From Alphaproteobacteria bacterium (lineage in GTDB: Bacteria > Pseudomonadota > Alphaproteobacteria > UBA6615): 64,000 bases of DNA. Both the position numbers and the translations under genes were made by a program. Of this stretch, positions 61,205 to 64,000 are shown one piece after another. Position 1 is the first letter of the stretch. Each line of letters opens with the position of its first letter. Location: NCBI GenBank assembly GCA_049601915.1, contig JBMYRB010000001.1:138344-202343 (forward strand). The letters are read 5' to 3'. Under the pieces are notes generated by a model. That model saw only the letters and a list, made by a program, of their open reading frames with translations. It was not told the origin of the DNA and made no database searches.

Positions 61205-62209
61205 ATGCGCGCTATGGTGCTCACAGAACCCAACGTGGTCGAACAACGGGACATTCCCGAACCCACGACGGATCAGGGTGAAGCCCTGGTGCGCGTGTCC
61301 AGCTCGGGCATTTGCGGGACCGACCTCAAGATCCTCACCGGGGGCATCCCGGCGCCCAAGCCGATCGTCATGGGGCACGAGATGGTGGGCGAACTGGTCA
61401 ACGACGCGACCGACGCCAAGGCGGGTCAGCGCGTACTGGTCGACCCGGTCTATCATTGCGGCACCTGCCATGCCTGTCTGCACAACCAGCAGCACATCTG
61501 CACCCGTGGCGGTTTGATCGGGCGCGACATCAATGGCGGCTTCGCCGACCTGGTCGCCGTGCCCCCGGCCAATTGCTACGTGGTCCCCGACAAGATCGCC
61601 GACCATGAAGTGCCGCTGATCCAGGTATTGACCACCTGCATGCATGGCCATCGAATGGCGGATATCTTCCCCGGCGATGTCGTGGTCGTGCTGGGTCTTG
61701 GTGTCACCGGCCAGCTTCATGTGCAGCTGGCCAAGGCGCGCGGCGCCACGGTCATCGGCATCACGCGTTCCCAGTGGAAGCTCGATCTCGCCAAGTCACT
61801 CGGGGCGGACCACACCTTCGCGCCCAGCGACGACATCAAGGACAAGATCCTAGAGGTCAGCAAGGGCGACGGTGCCGATCTGGTGATCGAATCCGCCGGC
61901 AAGGTGCTGACCCTCGGCCAGGCCTTCGACATGGTCCGCACCGGTGGCGCCATCATGCCGTTCGGCATCTACACCGAGACGAAGGCGGAACTGCCGTTCT
62001 ACCAGTTCTATTTCAAGGAAATTCAGATCCTCAACGCACGTGCGTCCAAGGGTCAGGATTTTGTCGCCTCGATGGATCTGGTAAAGCGCGGCGTGGTTAA
62101 GCTCGACCCGATGATCAGCGACCGTGAGCCACTGGAAAACCTCTCCGGCGCACTGGACATGCTGACAAGCGAGGCCGAAGGCCGGATGAAAATCATCATG
62201 GATCACTAG
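61205..62209 (+). CDS. zinc-dependent alcohol dehydrogenase family (MDR) protein
   Basis: CGTDLK, GHEMVGE, CGTCHAC and GLGVTGQ motifs. Confidence 0.88.
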   Translation: MRAMVLTEPNVVEQRDIPEPTTDQGEALVRVSSSGICGTDLKILTGGIPAPKPIVMGHEMVGELVNDATDAKAGQRVLVDPVYHCGTCHACLHNQQHICTRGGLIGRDINGGFADLVAVPPANCYVVPDKIADHEVPLIQVLTTCMHGHRMADIFPGDVVVVLGLGVTGQLHVQLAKARGATVIGITRSQWKLDLAKSLGADHTFAPSDDIKDKILEVSKGDGADLVIESAGKVLTLGQAFDMVRTGGAIMPFGIYTETKAELPFYQFYFKEIQILNARASKGQDFVASMDLVKRGVVKLDPMISDREPLENLSGALDMLTSEAEGRMKIIMDH

Positions 62210-62222
62210 CTCAAACGAGAGC

Positions 62223-63644
62223 TCACCCCGGGGAGCGTAGTTCCCCCGGATGCATCATCGGCATCGGCTGCTTCTCGTTCAGTTCCGGCTTCAGCCAGCG
62301 CACGATCCCCGCGACACCATCGACTCCGACCGTGGATCCATCGGGAATCTGCTGGGTCGCACCGGCGACTCCGAGGACCATCGGGATTCCACGCTCGCGC
62401 CCCAGGGACGCCAAGTGAGACGTGCTGCCGCCAAGCTCCGCGACGATCGCGGAGACCCGCGGCAAGACGCCCACAAGTGCCGGTCCGGCTACATTGGTTA
62501 CTAGGACGTCGCCGTGGTTGAGCCGTGAAATCTCGCATTCGCAATTGATGACGCAGGCCCGTCCCGAACCCCAGCCCATCCCGCCGGGATGGCCGCGCAG
62601 GCCCGGCCGACCGCGCCAGACTTCATCCAGCACGATCGGCTCCTCGACATGCAGCGGGCGCGCCTGCAGCATCTTGATGCCGACGTCGTCCTTGGCCCAC
62701 TCGACTTCGACCGCCAGCCCCATCATTTCCTCGGCCACCTTCATGTAGCGGGCAAGCTCATGGACCTCGTCCGTGGTCAGGCACTGACGGCGCGGTTCGG
62801 CATCCTTCTTCGATGCGTCATCAGGCTGATGGTCATGATCATGGTCGTGGCCCTGCGCTTGGGTCGCGGCCACCGCGGCCATTGGATTCTGGGGCGGCGC
62901 CTGGTGGGTGTGGCAATAGGCGCTGTGCTCGAAGTCCTGGCCACCGACAGCCTCGACTAGCTTGCCATCAGCCGTGAGGTCATAGCGGTCGGGCACCACC
63001 TCGCCCTGGGCCAGCGCTTCGCCGAGCCCCCAGGTGGCGCTCACCGACATCCCGCCATCGGCGGTCTGGCTCAGACCACCGCCGGATGCCTCGGCCTCGA
63101 TCAGAGGCTGGACCAGCACCGACATCGCGGTGTCGATCGCACTGATGTCCTTGTCTTCCATGTAGCGCATCGCCTGGGGCGACCAGAGGGCACCCCAACA
63201 GGCACGTACGGCGGTCAGGAAATCCGCTTCGCCCTCGATCCCCAGGAAGGTCTGGAACTGACCTGCGAAGGACGAGCCCTCGGTGTCTTCCATCAGCGAC
63301 GACGACCGCACGGCGAGACGCATACCGGTTTCCGCCGTCAGCTTCCGGTAGGCATCGAGAAGTTCGGTCGCGATTTCCGGCGCGATGGGTTCGGAAAACA
63401 GGCCGATGCGCACCTCGGCAATCGGCCCGCGTGATTCCATGAAAGGCAGGCTGACCGCCTGGTCGGCGGCCTCCACGAGGCCGAGGGATTCCAGCTGGTG
63501 GAAATAGGCATCCGCGCCGAGTACAAACCCGCCCGGGGTCGGCAGTCCGGCATGGCCGAGTGCGGCCTGATTGGCGGCCTTGGGGCCAAACCGCTCCGCA
63601 TCCGTCGCCGCCTTGTCGGACAGCGGCACTACGAACTTCGCCAT
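62223..63644 (-). CDS. PEP-utilising-family protein: PPDK_N-type ATP-grasp domain plus phosphohistidine swivel domain, with no third domain
   Basis: RSSSLMEDTEGSSFAGQFQTFLGI (nucleotide-binding domain) and GGSTSHLASLGRERGIP (swivel His at residue 410). 473 aa. GHDHDHDH insertion. Confidence 0.8.
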   Translation of the reverse strand: MAKFVVPLSDKAATDAERFGPKAANQAALGHAGLPTPGGFVLGADAYFHQLESLGLVEAADQAVSLPFMESRGPIAEVRIGLFSEPIAPEIATELLDAYRKLTAETGMRLAVRSSSLMEDTEGSSFAGQFQTFLGIEGEADFLTAVRACWGALWSPQAMRYMEDKDISAIDTAMSVLVQPLIEAEASGGGLSQTADGGMSVSATWGLGEALAQGEVVPDRYDLTADGKLVEAVGGQDFEHSAYCHTHQAPPQNPMAAVAATQAQGHDHDHDHQPDDASKKDAEPRRQCLTTDEVHELARYMKVAEEMMGLAVEVEWAKDDVGIKMLQARPLHVEEPIVLDEVWRGRPGLRGHPGGMGWGSGRACVINCECEISRLNHGDVLVTNVAGPALVGVLPRVSAIVAELGGSTSHLASLGRERGIPMVLGVAGATQQIPDGSTVGVDGVAGIVRWLKPELNEKQPMPMMHPGELRSPG

Positions 63645-63699
63645 ATTCCTTCACCTCTGTGTTTGACGCCGGGAACAGTATACCGGGCCCAATTATCAA

Positions 63700-63730
63700 T
63701 TCGGCCGGGCGATCAATGCGCCCGGCCGAA
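63700..63730 (-). terminator. GC-rich 12-bp perfect hairpin downstream of the M24 gene
   Basis: TTCGGCCGGGCG-ATCAATG-CGCCCGGCCGAA. On the minus strand it is followed by TTGATAATT. A second 7-bp hairpin (AGCTTCG-TTG-CGAAGCT) lies at about 63745-63761. Confidence 0.55.
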
Positions 63731-63775
63731 CCAATTCAAATTTTAAGCTTCGTTGCGAAGCTCGACAACGCGCAT

Positions 63776-64000
63776 TTAGTGCGGCATCGGGTCCACGACC
63801 GTGATCTGGTTCACCGGGAAGTTGGTGATCACCTCGGTCTCGTCCGCATGGACGATCTGCATCTCCTCGATGCGAACGCCGAACTTGAACGGAATACCGT
63901 GCTGCGTCTCGAGCGCGAAGACCATGCCTTCCTGGATCTCGATCGGATGATCGAGGGACCAGATGCGCGAGATGACGGGCGGATCGTACTGGGCAAGACC
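63776..64000 (-). CDS. M24-family metallopeptidase (Xaa-Pro peptidase/creatinase-like), C-terminal fragment; continues beyond the right edge
   Basis: The minus strand reads ...IQEGMVFALETQHGIPFKFGVRIEEMQIVHADETEVITNFPVNQITVVDPMPH*. This is a typical M24 C-terminus with Glu ligands. It is absent from the ORF track because the start lies outside the window. Confidence 0.6.
   Translation of the reverse strand, partial: GLAQYDPPVISRIWSLDHPIEIQEGMVFALETQHGIPFKFGVRIEEMQIVHADETEVITNFPVNQITVVDPMPH

Noticed and set aside
62829-62849. An imperfect hexanucleotide repeat (ATGGTC/ATGATC) encoding HDHDHDH, considered as a contingency-locus microsatellite.
   Set aside because: It has only about three imperfect units and is in-frame. 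It is more simply read as a metal-binding low-complexity linker, and there is no evidence of slippage.

Overview
GC-rich (about two-thirds G+C by eye) chromosomal segment with the gene content and synteny of a free-living alphaproteobacterium. It holds about 60 tightly packed protein genes, many with 4-nt start/stop overlaps. Order, left to right:
- aa3-type cytochrome c oxidase operon (ctaC-ctaD-ctaB-small ORF-ctaG-ctaE-DUF983-SURF1), running into an M32 carboxypeptidase
- tldD
- an EmrAB-like HlyD/MFS pump
- gshA, rsmE, ubiA, ubiD
- pmbA bracketed by two MAPEG paralogues
- a DAG-kinase-like lipid kinase divergent from an LpxH-like phosphoesterase + GT4 glycosyltransferase pair (plcP-agt-like)
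- msbA-waaA-lpxK
- M23 peptidase, xseA, purD, tadA, rRNA modification genes, mutL, pgi
- an M16 peptidase pair, lspA, ileS, ribF, pyrD
- egtB-egtD (ergothioneine) followed by two quinone oxidoreductases
- a run of uncharacterised redox and hydrolase genes, ending in a two-domain PEP-utilising protein and a partial M24 peptidase

I saw no rRNA, tRNA, CRISPR array, transposase, integrase or phage genes. I did not find a convincing, wholly new multi-gene system, and most of the window is ordinary core genome. The observations most worth a second look are:
1. The plcP-like gene carries an in-frame TAG and lacks a metal-ligand motif. It sits beside a GT4 gene with a shortened N-terminus and next to 11-bp-phased direct repeats.
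2. One MAPEG paralogue has a +1 frameshift, with the conserved C-terminus intact in the other frame.
3. A small Sel1-repeat gene is frameshifted, which creates an artefactual 478-aa ORF fused to pyrD.
4. A monocistronic ATP-grasp + phosphohistidine-swivel protein has no substrate domain and carries an (HD)n insertion.
5. The ergothioneine locus is a two-gene egtBD set.

All functional calls come from reading motifs in the supplied translations. No database search was run.
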